Source: Tepidisphaera sp.
GTDB lineage: Bacteria > Planctomycetota > Phycisphaerae > Phycisphaerales > UBA1924
Reading direction: 5' to 3'
Assembly (NCBI GenBank): GCA_050916045.1
Contig: CP051526.1
Location: 2,912,001 to 2,976,000 of the forward strand
Length of the DNA stretch: 64,000 nt
Position 1 is the stretch's first letter. Each line of letters starts with the position of its first letter. Of this stretch, positions 47,501 to 56,388 are shown one piece after another. The translations under genes and the position numbers were made by a program. A model generated the notes under the pieces. It saw nothing but the letters and a program-made list of their open reading frames with translations, was not told where the DNA came from and did not search any database.

Positions 47501-49554
47501 GCGTGGACCACACGGGCGGCGCCGAGCGGGCGCTCCGAGCGTTGTCGCGGCTTGGGGCTTCGTCGCTGGACCGCTCGTCGTATCGCCATGCGACGGACCG
47601 TGCGGCGACGCTGAGCACGATCATCGAGCGGTCCTCGCCGGGCGAGGGCGAGACGCCGGAGAAGTTCGGCGCGCTCGCGACCAAGCACGGCATCGGAGAG
47701 GCGAGGCTCGTGGAACTGGGCGTGTTCGCGCCGCGATGGGCCGCGCACGTCGAAGCGGCCCTGAAGTGGGACGGATATGTGGATGCCGTATGGTGGCTTC
47801 GCGCGCACACGAAGGACTCGTCGTGGACGCACGACAAGGATCTCGATCAGCTGGTGCGGGCCCGGATCTCCGAGCGGAGCCCGGTGGCGGAGGAGGATTT
47901 CGCCGACGGAGCCGTCGATCCAGAGTGGTTCCGTCGGGTGTACGAGAAGCTCGGGCCGACGCGATGGGCGGCGGTGTACGCGGCCGCGAAGTACGCCTGC
48001 TCGAACGCCGGGCACCGCCGCGCCCAGCTCTTCGCCGACGCCATGCTGAACGAGATCACGGAGAAGGACGTGATCGCTCGCATCAACAGCAAGCGGCACC
48101 AGGACTCGATGCGGGCTCTCGGGCTTCTGTCGCTGCCAAAGAAATCCGCGGAAAAGACGGTGCTCTCGCGGTACCAGTTGCTGCAGGAGGTCCGGCGAAC
48201 CAGCCGCAAGCACGGCGGATCGATGCTTCAGGCGTCGGAGAAGCGGGCGGTCGAGGTGGGCATGGACAACCTCGCGCGAACTGCCGGCTACCCCGATCCG
48301 CAGCGTCTGATGTGGGCGGTGGAGACGCGGGCCGTCGCGGATCTGGCGAAGGGTCCGGTGACGGTCAAGTCCGGAGATGTCACCGTGACGCTCGCGGTCG
48401 ACGCCGATGGCGATCCTGAGGTCACGGCGACCAAGAAGGGCAAGACGCTCGCGTCGACGCCCCCGGCCGCCAAGAAAACGCCGGCGGTCGCGGAGCTCTT
48501 CGAGCGGGCCAAGCTGCTCAAACAGCAGAAATCCAGGATGCGGGCTTCGCTGGAAACGGCGATGTGCCGCGGCGACGAGTTCACGGCGGCGGAGATCGAG
48601 GAACTCTTCGGTCACCCGGTGCTTCGCGCGATGCTGGAACGGCTTGTCTTCGTTCGAGTGGCCGGCGGCGCGGGCTATCCCGACAAGAACGGGAAAGCCC
48701 TGCGCGGATTCGACGGCGAACACGCCGCAGTCAAGAAGGATGAACGGCTTCGGATCTCGCATCCACTCGACCTCCTCGCCACCAAGCATTGGGACAAGTG
48801 GCAGCGGGAGTGCTTCGCGGCCGAACGCGTGCAGCCGTTCAAGCAGGTCTTCCGCGAGGTGTACGTGCCGACCGCGCAGGAGAAGACCGCGAACGGGAGC
48901 TCAAAGCGGTACGCGGGCCAGCAGGTCGTGGGACGGCAGGCGATGGCTTTGCTCGGCGCTCGTGGATGGGTCGCCAGGCCGGAAGAGGGTGTCCAGCGAA
49001 CCTTCCACCGGGAGAAGCTCACGGCCTTCGTCGAGTTCGAGGAGCACTTCCACACGCCCGCGGAGGTCGAGGGGCTGACGCTCGCGGGCGTGCGGTTCGC
49101 GACGTCGGGCGATCACAAAGTCGCGGCTCTTCCGCGCGTACCGGCGCGGCTTTTCTCCGAAGTCATGCGGGACCTGGATCTCGTGGTCAGTGTCGCGCAC
49201 CGCGGCGGTGTTGACCCCGAAGCCAGCGTCTCGACGGTCGAGTCCAGGGCGAGCCTGGTGCGGGAAACGTGCCGCCTTCTCAAGCTCGGCAACGTGAAGA
49301 TCGACGGGCCTCGGGCGGCGATCACCGGGGCGATCGGCGAGTACACGGTGCACCTGGGAAGCGGAACCGTGCATCTGCTGCCCGGAGGAACGTTGTGGAT
49401 CGTCCCCGTGCATGCTCAGCATCGCGGCCGGATCTTCCTGCCCTTCGCGGATCAGGATCCGAAGACGGCGGAGGTTCTGTCCAAGGTCCTCCTGCTCGCG
49501 AGAGACAACGAAATCCGTGATCCGTCGATCCTGGAGCAGATCCGGAGGAAGTAA
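44524..49554 (+). CDS. giant HEAT-like protein with DUF5724/DUF4132-like domains (1676 aa)
   Basis: EGLRQAILE, RFSSVVRAADVW, MDNLARTAGYPDPQRLMW, HPLDL, QPFKQVFREVY, FSEVMRDLDLVVSVAH, GRIFLPFADQDPKTAEVLSK. Confidence 0.85.
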   Translation: MLNEDQMLAKVEAMKQAGWVESKIAALRGLKAARTVAGHLGEEGNEDSELFRQAPDEGDPLAAELEALGPAGRRAVFAALFPQLAPEMEGVWDQHRRTAVVTRRYQPQPFRIPGGGQEVTAARGAWLREVCQELEGLDVDAEWLAGWGTLIQYGYASAAPRLVAAAIDAGGVSGERVLATAVATLRGEHEAGVGGRETIRALLSCGEPRAWEQVGKLLLGAMREEGLRQAILEEAHLGHPEAFRVILKLVLDEGLVRFSSVVRAADVWFGTRWDSMSAAVVKKELGLAWEMLESPPKREAAVAGKDGIAAYFAIWAAAFEDATAARALAERAARSKSAEVRAAAMLMAARIELESWIPLAVAAASDEDPRVAALAVGVLGEANVSESQAPGVRAVLLPLLEKVKKEKKGVKLKPILWPWNVGELSTGAVGAALVRVLDAETLEAVLGSVEVFRASERAALAAFLGGIEVRYAWRSRNAVKAGAVKVSEAGRAALLKLMGDAAADVRATAFAAMSPLPLLTDEEGLLRDMLRRKAADVRERAIARLCELEAARLEAAAAALLAGDVEQRRAAVELVQHLADRGEVERAKATAARIRASAKKLDAATARELESLAAHAAPRARLDDCLGLLDRSKLTPVAPAVDRGFPTLTAASLRILHALDDLIEENKRTVVHVERYDDKVEEMELGALRWGGDLRVRKKGADEDEPERGMLLAEMWEAWEAARGPELRDRDGLELWRAWTAISACDEHGEGERWPAAIQALLGGKARVLHYSRLVTEVLGWLVMRGPADRALRAVMEGMESAVARGRIAWEGLKEDHEEQRPTRPELDLPYLWWEDRLEAFEDARPAPAGLPEARANAWRLTRLIDRWAAEVWVPHKAKEDAEAAAKGVDLDDIKRKYKFGWRDDLPRGNVQRLMAAVELGRAGEMDVVYYLLHKHPGEEWSWRGIDTLLAKGRREKAPEAAVRAARRVAERAVELELERGDAPTESAQVLNSVDHTGGAERALRALSRLGASSLDRSSYRHATDRAATLSTIIERSSPGEGETPEKFGALATKHGIGEARLVELGVFAPRWAAHVEAALKWDGYVDAVWWLRAHTKDSSWTHDKDLDQLVRARISERSPVAEEDFADGAVDPEWFRRVYEKLGPTRWAAVYAAAKYACSNAGHRRAQLFADAMLNEITEKDVIARINSKRHQDSMRALGLLSLPKKSAEKTVLSRYQLLQEVRRTSRKHGGSMLQASEKRAVEVGMDNLARTAGYPDPQRLMWAVETRAVADLAKGPVTVKSGDVTVTLAVDADGDPEVTATKKGKTLASTPPAAKKTPAVAELFERAKLLKQQKSRMRASLETAMCRGDEFTAAEIEELFGHPVLRAMLERLVFVRVAGGAGYPDKNGKALRGFDGEHAAVKKDERLRISHPLDLLATKHWDKWQRECFAAERVQPFKQVFREVYVPTAQEKTANGSSKRYAGQQVVGRQAMALLGARGWVARPEEGVQRTFHREKLTAFVEFEEHFHTPAEVEGLTLAGVRFATSGDHKVAALPRVPARLFSEVMRDLDLVVSVAHRGGVDPEASVSTVESRASLVRETCRLLKLGNVKIDGPRAAITGAIGEYTVHLGSGTVHLLPGGTLWIVPVHAQHRGRIFLPFADQDPKTAEVLSKVLLLARDNEIRDPSILEQIRRK

Positions 49555-49617
49555 GGACCGCCGAATCTCGTCCACGCGTTTCGCCCAGAAGCGGACGAGC
49601 ACCGCACGTCAGCAACG

Positions 49618-49663
49618 AAAAAGGCCCGGGATGCTCGCATGCATCCCGGGCCTCCGGCTTTTT
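49618..49663. terminator. bidirectional terminator between convergent genes
   Basis: A-tract, 13-bp stem AGGCCCGGGATGC/GCATCCCGGGCCT, T-tract. Confidence 0.8.
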
Positions 49664-49676
49664 CTCGGCTCCAGCT

Positions 49677-51056
49677 TCAGGTGCTGACGACCTTCTCGTT
49701 CTTCGCGTCCCACGTGTAGACCTTCGAGTTCCGGTAGCTCTCAACGCCCATCTTGATCGCGACCATCACCGCGCACCCGAGCTCGACGTTGCAGTTGACC
49801 TCGGCCTTCTTCCGGATCGCATCGATCCAGTTCTGGCTATGGTCGCGACCGCCGCGGTTCCCGCCGCACTTGAGCACGTACGTGCCCTGGTCCGCCACCG
49901 ACCCGTTCTTCTCCCGGAACTCCTTCGAGTACGCCGACTGCTCCGAGAGCTTCCACCCGTCGTTGGTCGGCTCGAGCTGCCCCTGCTGCCCGCGGATCAT
50001 CTCCGGCACGCCCACATCGTTCACCATCACGCTCGTCAGGAACACGCTGTGCGTCTCGTAGTCCGCCGTCAGAAGCATCGTGTCCGCGATGTCGCGGGCG
50101 TTGCCGGGCGCAGGCTTCTCGATGTACTGCCCGCCTCCCGACATCACCCGACGCGGATACGCCCCGTTCTTCCCGTGGATCGAGATCAGAAGCGGCGCCA
50201 GCCAGTGGTACATCAGGTCCGTCGCCACCCCGCCGTTGTACGCGTAGAACTTCCGGAACCGGAAAAAGTGCTCCTCGTTGTACGGGATCTTCTCCGCCAG
50301 ACCGTGCTTGTGGCCAAGCCACCGGTCCCAGTCGATGTACCCCTCCGACCCCGGATCGTTCTGCGGGCCCGCATCCTTGTCGATCGCCCAGTTGAACTGC
50401 CCCTCACGGCTGTTGCGGCAGTAGGACCCCTGGCTCCACACGACCGGGCCGATCTTCCCCTCGCTGATCGCTTTCCCGGCTTCCCACCAGCGGTTCTCGC
50501 TCGTGCGCTGCGGCCCGACCTGGAGCGTGCGGCCCGTGCGGCGGACGGCGTTGCGGCACTCGATCGCCTGCTCGACCGTCAGCGAAAGCGGCTTCTCAAC
50601 GTACACATCCTTGCCCGCTTCCATCGCCTCGATCGCGATCTTGGTGTGCCAGTGGTCCGGCGTCGCGATCACCACCGCGTTGATGTCCTTGTTGTCGAGC
50701 ACACGCTCGTACTCGATCACGCAGTTCTTCTCTTCCAGCACCAGGGACTTGTCGACCTTCCCGAGCGTGTCCTGAGCACGCTTGAGCGCCCGGCGGTACA
50801 CATCGCAGAGCATCCCGACCCGGATGTTCTCCTGCTTGGCCATCCGCGACAGGTGGTTCACGTGCGAGCGGCCCATCCCGCCCGTGCCGATCACCGCGAT
50901 GTTGAGCGTGTCCGCAGCGCCCGACAGATTCCGCATCCGCGCGTGGCTCGACGCCGGCATCCAGCCCAAGGCACCCGCCGCTCCGAGGCCTGCGGCGACA
51001 CCCGCGGCGGACTGAAGAAATGAGCGGCGCGATACGGCGGGGAGCGAAGGCTTCAT
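49677..51056 (-). CDS. Tat-exported Gfo/Idh/MocA oxidoreductase
   Basis: SRRSFLQ twin-arginine signal, IGTGGMG, ATPDHWH, YVEKP. Confidence 0.93.
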   Translation of the reverse strand: MKPSLPAVSRRSFLQSAAGVAAGLGAAGALGWMPASSHARMRNLSGAADTLNIAVIGTGGMGRSHVNHLSRMAKQENIRVGMLCDVYRRALKRAQDTLGKVDKSLVLEEKNCVIEYERVLDNKDINAVVIATPDHWHTKIAIEAMEAGKDVYVEKPLSLTVEQAIECRNAVRRTGRTLQVGPQRTSENRWWEAGKAISEGKIGPVVWSQGSYCRNSREGQFNWAIDKDAGPQNDPGSEGYIDWDRWLGHKHGLAEKIPYNEEHFFRFRKFYAYNGGVATDLMYHWLAPLLISIHGKNGAYPRRVMSGGGQYIEKPAPGNARDIADTMLLTADYETHSVFLTSVMVNDVGVPEMIRGQQGQLEPTNDGWKLSEQSAYSKEFREKNGSVADQGTYVLKCGGNRGGRDHSQNWIDAIRKKAEVNCNVELGCAVMVAIKMGVESYRNSKVYTWDAKNEKVVST

Positions 51057-51264
51057 CTGGGGATCTCCTTGGGGAAGCGAGATCATCGCAGATTTCTGGC
51101 AGGGGTGCAAGCCCGCCCGTGCCACGATCATCCCGCTTCGGGATGGTCGTGGTTGGACGTCCTTGATGAATTCGACACCAGAGTCAGCGTCGGTGGCCGA
51201 TCCACGACCATCCGGAGGACCGGATGATCGTGGCACCCGGCTCAGACGCCGCAATTCTTGACGC

Positions 51265-51297
51265 AAAGAAAACACCGGAGCCTCACGGCTCCGGTGT
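51265..51297 (-). terminator. terminator of the prepilin-like gene
   Basis: Stem ACACCGGAGCC/GGCTCCGGTGT with a U-tract on the minus strand. Confidence 0.75.
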
Positions 51298-51325
51298 CGT
51301 TCAACTTGATCGGTGGCGGAGGGGT

Positions 51326-52246
51326 TTACTCCGGACCAGTCCACGGAATGTTCGTGAAGATCGTGGTGTAAAGCTCATTCTCATAGGAGCTGCGCTGGCG
51401 ACCGGGAATCACCTTGATGTAGCCTGCGTGCCCGTCCATGAAACCCATGACGCTGCGGTTGATGTCGCCGAAGCCGTTCTTCTTCACGTAGTTCGGGTTG
51501 TTGTTGTAGATGATGATGTCGGCCTGCTCGTCCCAGATCCACGCAAACCGGGAGGTGACGAACGAGTCGGCGAGTTGAAGCAGCTTCGTTCCGCGGGTGA
51601 ATGTGGGCCAGTTCATCGTGCCGCTGGGATCGAGCTGCTCGTACCACTTGGCCTGCCACTGGTAGGAGATGCCGATGGAATCAAAGCTCGTGCGTGCCGA
51701 AGGATTGGGGTTCGGCCAGCTCTCTTGGTGCCCAACCAAGTCGCCGGGATCCTTGAAGACCTTGAGCTTGACGTTCAGACGGTTCTCGTCCTGAGCGGGC
51801 ATGCGAGCGTTGGCGTTGCCGCCCGAAGCCGGGTCGTAGAACTTGATCTCGGGGTAGACGTACTGGTTGAGCGGACGGTCGACCGCCAGAACGTCGAACA
51901 CGCCGCCGTTGGAACCGAACCAGAAGCCGGACGGATTTCCGCCGGCGAAGCTCCACGTGCAGAAGCCGGACACGCCCTGTGCGGGGTTCGACGTGTTCAC
52001 CGGACGCGTGCGGCTGCGACCGCCGTGGCTCCATGTCGGCGTGATGGGCATGTACGCCTTGTTGTCGGACTGGTACATGTTCGTCGAGTTGTTGATCGAC
52101 TTCACGTTGGACGAAGAGATCGTGATCTGGGCCACCTTGCGGGCTTTGCCGAGGGCCGGCAGCAGCAGCGAGATGAGCAGGGCGATGATCGCGATCACCA
52201 CCAGCAGTTCGATCAGCGTAAACCCACGACCAGCAAGCTTCTTCAT
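51326..52246 (-). CDS. prepilin-type N-terminal cleavage/methylation domain protein
   Basis: [30 protein letters not shown]-terminal MGFMDGHA. Confidence 0.93.
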   Translation of the reverse strand: MKKLAGRGFTLIELLVVIAIIALLISLLLPALGKARKVAQITISSSNVKSINNSTNMYQSDNKAYMPITPTWSHGGRSRTRPVNTSNPAQGVSGFCTWSFAGGNPSGFWFGSNGGVFDVLAVDRPLNQYVYPEIKFYDPASGGNANARMPAQDENRLNVKLKVFKDPGDLVGHQESWPNPNPSARTSFDSIGISYQWQAKWYEQLDPSGTMNWPTFTRGTKLLQLADSFVTSRFAWIWDEQADIIIYNNNPNYVKKNGFGDINRSVMGFMDGHAGYIKVIPGRQRSSYENELYTTIFTNIPWTGPE

Positions 52247-52852
52247 GAGCATCCTCCAACCGCCCGGCCTTACGGCCAGGGTCCTGTTCCAACCTTCAAT
52301 TTTGGCGAGACGGCTCGACAACTGAGCGTTCGCCGCTCCCGGTTCCAAACACGAATGACTCGATCGACGCAACCCGGAAAGCGAGAGACCGCGCCGGGCG
52401 GCCATGAACTGGCCTGTGCACTATACGACATTTCGTGCGTTCGGATCCACGAGGATGCGTTTTCGCTCAATTTCGCGCGAAGAAACGTCTCATTTCTTCC
52501 GGGGCGGGCTCTCGGACGCGGCCACGTTTGTGCTTTGTTTGCATCGTTTCCGCCCGGGTTGCGGACATTGGAACCCTGCGGCCGCGGTGACGTATGAACT
52601 CTGGTCGGGGTTTGACGCGTCATCCTTCCGCATGCCACCGCTGTTTCGGGCCGATGCTCATGCGGCGGGCCGTCTCTCGGTTCCGCGTACGGTGGGCACC
52701 GCGGATCGGTGCCGCGGCCTTCGGCTATGGTGGTGCGGCGTGACGGAGAAGCGTCGCGGGTTGACATTTGACCTTGGACCGGTGAACCTTCACCCCGACG
52801 AGCGACGAACAGACGGCGTGGGCGATGTGCAAGCACGGATGCGAAGGACCTG

Positions 52853-54229
52853 ATGGGCGACAGTTTGAAAAAACCCGACCTTTCGGAGACCTCCCCGGTC
52901 AGCAAAGCGGACACCGCGCCGATCGGGCCGCCGCCGGATCCCGCACCCAGCCTCGCGGCCGTCGAAGAAGCACTCTCCGACGCCGCCAAAGGCGGCACCA
53001 ACGTCGACACGCTCGTCGGTCGCCTCGTTGTTGACCAGGGGCTCGCCACGCCCGAGGAAGTGCAGCACGCGCTCGAGCAGGCCAAGCAGGCCCGCGAGGA
53101 TCAGAACCAGAGGTCCCTCGTCCAGATCCTCCTCGACAACGCGTACGTCACGCAGCGGCAGATGGCCCGCCTCAAGCAGGCTCTCGAAGCCGACCGGTCC
53201 AACCAGAAGATTCCCGGGTACAAGATCATCCGCAAGCTGGGCGCGGGCGCGATGGCGACGGTCTGGCTTGGCAAGCAGCTCAGCCTCGACCGCGAGGTCG
53301 CGATCAAGGTCCTGCCGCGGAAGTTCACGACCAACCCGCAGTTCGTGGAGCGGTTCTACGCCGAGGGGCGTGCGGCGGCGCAGCTGAACCACCCGAACAT
53401 CGTGCAGGCTTTCGACGTCGGCAACGCCGGCGAGTACCACTACTTCGTGATGGAGTACGTGAACGGCCGGACGGTGCACGACGACATCGTCAAGCACCGC
53501 AAGTACATGGAGAAGGATGCGATCGACATCACGATCCAGGTCGCCGAAGCCCTGCTCCACGCCCACGAACGCGGGCTCATCCACCGCGACGTCAAGCCCA
53601 AGAACGTGATGATCACCCGCGAGGGCGTCGTCAAGCTCGCCGACATGGGCCTGGCGCGCGCGATCTCCGACAAGGAAGCGGCGGAAGCGGAAGAGGGCAA
53701 GGCTTTCGGTACCCCCTACTACATCAGCCCCGAGCAGATCCGCGGCGAGAAGAAGATCGGCCCCCCCGCCGACATTTACTCCCTGGGCGCCACCCTCTAC
53801 CACATGGTCGTCGGCGCGGTCCCCTTTGACGGCAAGAACCCCTCCGCCGTGATGCACAAGCATCTCAAGGACCCGCTGATCGCCCCCGACCACGTCAACC
53901 CCAAGCTTTCCGCAGGGATCTCCGAGGTCATCGAAATGATGATGGCCAAGGACCCCAAAGCCCGGTACCAGACCTGCAAGGACCTCCTCTCGGACCTCCG
54001 GATGGTCAAGGACGCCAAGCGGCCGCCGCTGGCCCACAAGGATGTCTTCTCCTCAGGCACCCTCCAGCAGCTTTCGCAGGCCCAGGCGACCGCCGAGGTG
54101 GCGGAGCTCCCGGTGGACCAAAGCCGCAGCGAGCCGATGGTCCGCCAGTGGCTCGCGATCGTGCTGGGCGTGCTGCTTCTGATCAGCGTGGTGGTCAACA
54201 TCTACCAGGCGGTCCGGGCGACGGACTAA
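52853..54229 (+). CDS. Ser/Thr protein kinase with MshEN-like N-terminus and C-terminal TM
   Basis: LGAGAMATV, HRDVKPKN, DMGLA, GTPYYISPEQ. Confidence 0.92.
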   Translation: MGDSLKKPDLSETSPVSKADTAPIGPPPDPAPSLAAVEEALSDAAKGGTNVDTLVGRLVVDQGLATPEEVQHALEQAKQAREDQNQRSLVQILLDNAYVTQRQMARLKQALEADRSNQKIPGYKIIRKLGAGAMATVWLGKQLSLDREVAIKVLPRKFTTNPQFVERFYAEGRAAAQLNHPNIVQAFDVGNAGEYHYFVMEYVNGRTVHDDIVKHRKYMEKDAIDITIQVAEALLHAHERGLIHRDVKPKNVMITREGVVKLADMGLARAISDKEAAEAEEGKAFGTPYYISPEQIRGEKKIGPPADIYSLGATLYHMVVGAVPFDGKNPSAVMHKHLKDPLIAPDHVNPKLSAGISEVIEMMMAKDPKARYQTCKDLLSDLRMVKDAKRPPLAHKDVFSSGTLQQLSQAQATAEVAELPVDQSRSEPMVRQWLAIVLGVLLLISVVVNIYQAVRATD

Positions 54230-54390
54230 GCGGGCCGGCGGGCCTCGGGCATCGCTGGGGGAAATGAAGGACAAGATAACTCGGTGACGACCCCCCGGGC
54301 GTGGTAGAATGGGGGGACCCCCCACCTGCATCCATCCCGGATGCGTGGCTTTGGGGGCGCTGACCCAATCGCGACACAAGGAGTCCACCC

Positions 54391-55089
54391 ATCGCGTTCG
54401 ACAGGTTCAACCGTGACAGCCCGCCCCAGCGCACGCGGCGCAACGCTCAGATCCGCATCACTCCCATCCGCGTCGTCGGCCCCGACAACGAACAGATCGG
54501 CGTGCTTGAGACCTCCGAAGCCTTGAAGATGGCGATGGAGCGCGGGCTCGACCTCGTCGAGGTCAACCCGGAACAGCGCCCCCCCATCTGCAAGATCATG
54601 GACTACGGAAAGTTCAAGTACGAACTTTCCAAGAAGGAAGCCAAGCAGCGCGCGGGGTCCAAAGCCGCTGAAATGAAGGAAATCCGCCTCGGGCGGTCGG
54701 TGAAGATCGACAAGCACGACGTGCAGATCCGCGTGGATCAGGCCCGACGGTTCCTGATGGCCGGGCACAAGGTCATGGTGACGCAGAAGTTCAAGGGCCG
54801 CGAGATCGCCCACCGCGACATCGGCCTGGCGAACCTCCGCTTTGTCGCTGACGCGCTCCTTGATATCTGCAAGATCGAGCAGACGCCCCGCTGGTTCGGC
54901 AAGCAGGCGAGCATCATCGTCGCGCCCGACAAGGTGAAGGTCGACGCCGTCAAACGCAAGCTCGAGAAGGAACGGGCCGCGGCGCTCGCACGCGGCGAGA
55001 AGGTCGCAGAAGAGAAGACCATCGAGCAGCTCGAAGCCGAGGTCGCCGAAGCCAACAAGGCCGAGGAAGTCGGCGGCGAAGAGGATTGA
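54391..55089 (+). CDS. infC: translation initiation factor IF-3 (non-canonical ATC start)
   Basis: RNAQIRITPIRVVG lies upstream of the first GTG; GLDLVEV, PPICKIMDYGKFKY; AAGGAG 7 nt before ATC 54391. Confidence 0.93.
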   Translation: MAFDRFNRDSPPQRTRRNAQIRITPIRVVGPDNEQIGVLETSEALKMAMERGLDLVEVNPEQRPPICKIMDYGKFKYELSKKEAKQRAGSKAAEMKEIRLGRSVKIDKHDVQIRVDQARRFLMAGHKVMVTQKFKGREIAHRDIGLANLRFVADALLDICKIEQTPRWFGKQASIIVAPDKVKVDAVKRKLEKERAAALARGEKVAEEKTIEQLEAEVAEANKAEEVGGEED

Positions 55090-55124
55090 TCCTCGCCCGC
55101 GGCTGAATTCATGAGATGATCCCA

Positions 55125-55154
55125 GCGGTCCCGCCCCTCGGCGGGACCGTTTTT
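55125..55154 (+). terminator. infC terminator
   Basis: CGGTCCCGCC/GGCGGGACCG stem plus TTTTT. Confidence 0.8.
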
Positions 55155-55187
55155 CGTTTGGCACCGGGCACGCAAAGCCGAGCGACG

Positions 55188-55219
55188 AAAAAGCCCCCGG
55201 CCTTGCGACCGGGGGCTTT
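55188..55219 (-). terminator. terminator of the convergent dockerin gene
   Basis: AAAGCCCCCGG/CCGGGGGCTTT stem with A-tract on the + strand. Confidence 0.8.
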
Positions 55220-55255
55220 GTGCGTCAGACTGCAATTCTCGAGGAGATCCGTGCT

Positions 55256-56119
55256 TTAGCAGCCGGTCCCGTTCTCGAAGGCCTGGACGAATTCATCGTA
55301 ATCGAAGAAGTCCAGGAAGCTGTCGCCGTTGAAGTCGGCCGCACAGCCGCCGCCCGAGACGGGGACGTCGGCCTGAATGCCCATGACCATCGCGCCGCGG
55401 CCGGGGTAGGCGAAGGAGCGGGCTTCCGCCGCTTCGAGGATCGTGTCGGCGTCAACGTCGCGCCAGGTGTTGATGTCCGAAGCGCCGGTGATGTTGCTGG
55501 CGAAGGTGGTGATGTCGTTGGACGCGTCGTACACGATCTGGACCGAGCCCGAGGGCATGAGGTCCGTCGTGCCCGGCTGGAGGTAGCGGACGAGCACGAA
55601 CGTGCCCGCGTCGGGAAGCGTGATGCCGCCGCCGGCGAGGCCGGAGAGGTCGATCGTGTCCGTCACGAACGCGCCGCCGTTGGGCAGGTTCGCGATCCCG
55701 ACGACGAACCCGTCGATCAGGGTGGTGTGAACCGGGCTGCCCGCGGGGGCCGCGACGTCCACCGCGTCCCAGAACGTGACTTCGATATCGAAGTCAACCG
55801 GCTCGGTGACGCTGAAGCTCACGTACATCCCGTTGGCGACCAGCGGGAACGTGGCGCCCGAACCCGGACCGGGGATCAGCGAGGCGTCGTCCAGGAGCTG
55901 GAGCGGGAGCGCCGTGTTCGTGAACACCGCGTTGTCGAGGTCGCGGACCTCGTACACGAACGCGTTGGCCCGGTTGCCGAACTCCACCGTCGGCATGCTC
56001 AGGCAGGAAGCCGGAACGCGCTGAAGCGAGCCGGCGGGGACAAGGGTGTCCTCGGCGGCGATCGCCGGGGCCGCCAGGCAGAGCCCGGCCAGGATGGACA
56101 GACGGAACGCATTCTTCAT
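55256..56119 (-). CDS. secreted protein with a single-repeat GC-type dockerin tail
   Basis: AAGGAG RBS, signal peptide, CAADFNGDSFLDFFDYDEFVQAFENGTGC*. Confidence 0.85.
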   Translation of the reverse strand: MKNAFRLSILAGLCLAAPAIAAEDTLVPAGSLQRVPASCLSMPTVEFGNRANAFVYEVRDLDNAVFTNTALPLQLLDDASLIPGPGSGATFPLVANGMYVSFSVTEPVDFDIEVTFWDAVDVAAPAGSPVHTTLIDGFVVGIANLPNGGAFVTDTIDLSGLAGGGITLPDAGTFVLVRYLQPGTTDLMPSGSVQIVYDASNDITTFASNITGASDINTWRDVDADTILEAAEARSFAYPGRGAMVMGIQADVPVSGGGCAADFNGDSFLDFFDYDEFVQAFENGTGC

Positions 56120-56388
56120 AACCCTAACTCCTTGTTCGGCCGCGGCAGAAAGCCGCGTCGACCCTCGACGAGATCCGTTTGCGGACTGCCGCTCCTCGGC
56201 ACCGGCCGCGTGAACGCTTTGAGGACGCTCGGACGACGTTGTACGGATGCGCTCGCTCCGGGTTTCGGGCAGGATATCCGGATGAATCCTGCATGCAAAG
56301 ATTTTTATGTCCTGCCCGCCCGGGCCGCACCCGATTTCGACTTACCGGTACACTGCCGGCCCATCCACGGGATGGCCGGAGGCTTTTC

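Noticed and set aside
54311..54370. tRNA-like GC-rich structure upstream of infC
   Set aside because: No T-loop GTTCRA, cloverleaf or CCA end; likely just the infC leader.
55160..55185. c-di-GMP-I riboswitch-like GCACGCAAAGCC
   Set aside because: Lies between two terminators of convergent genes and lacks the upstream GGCAAA/GNRA stem.
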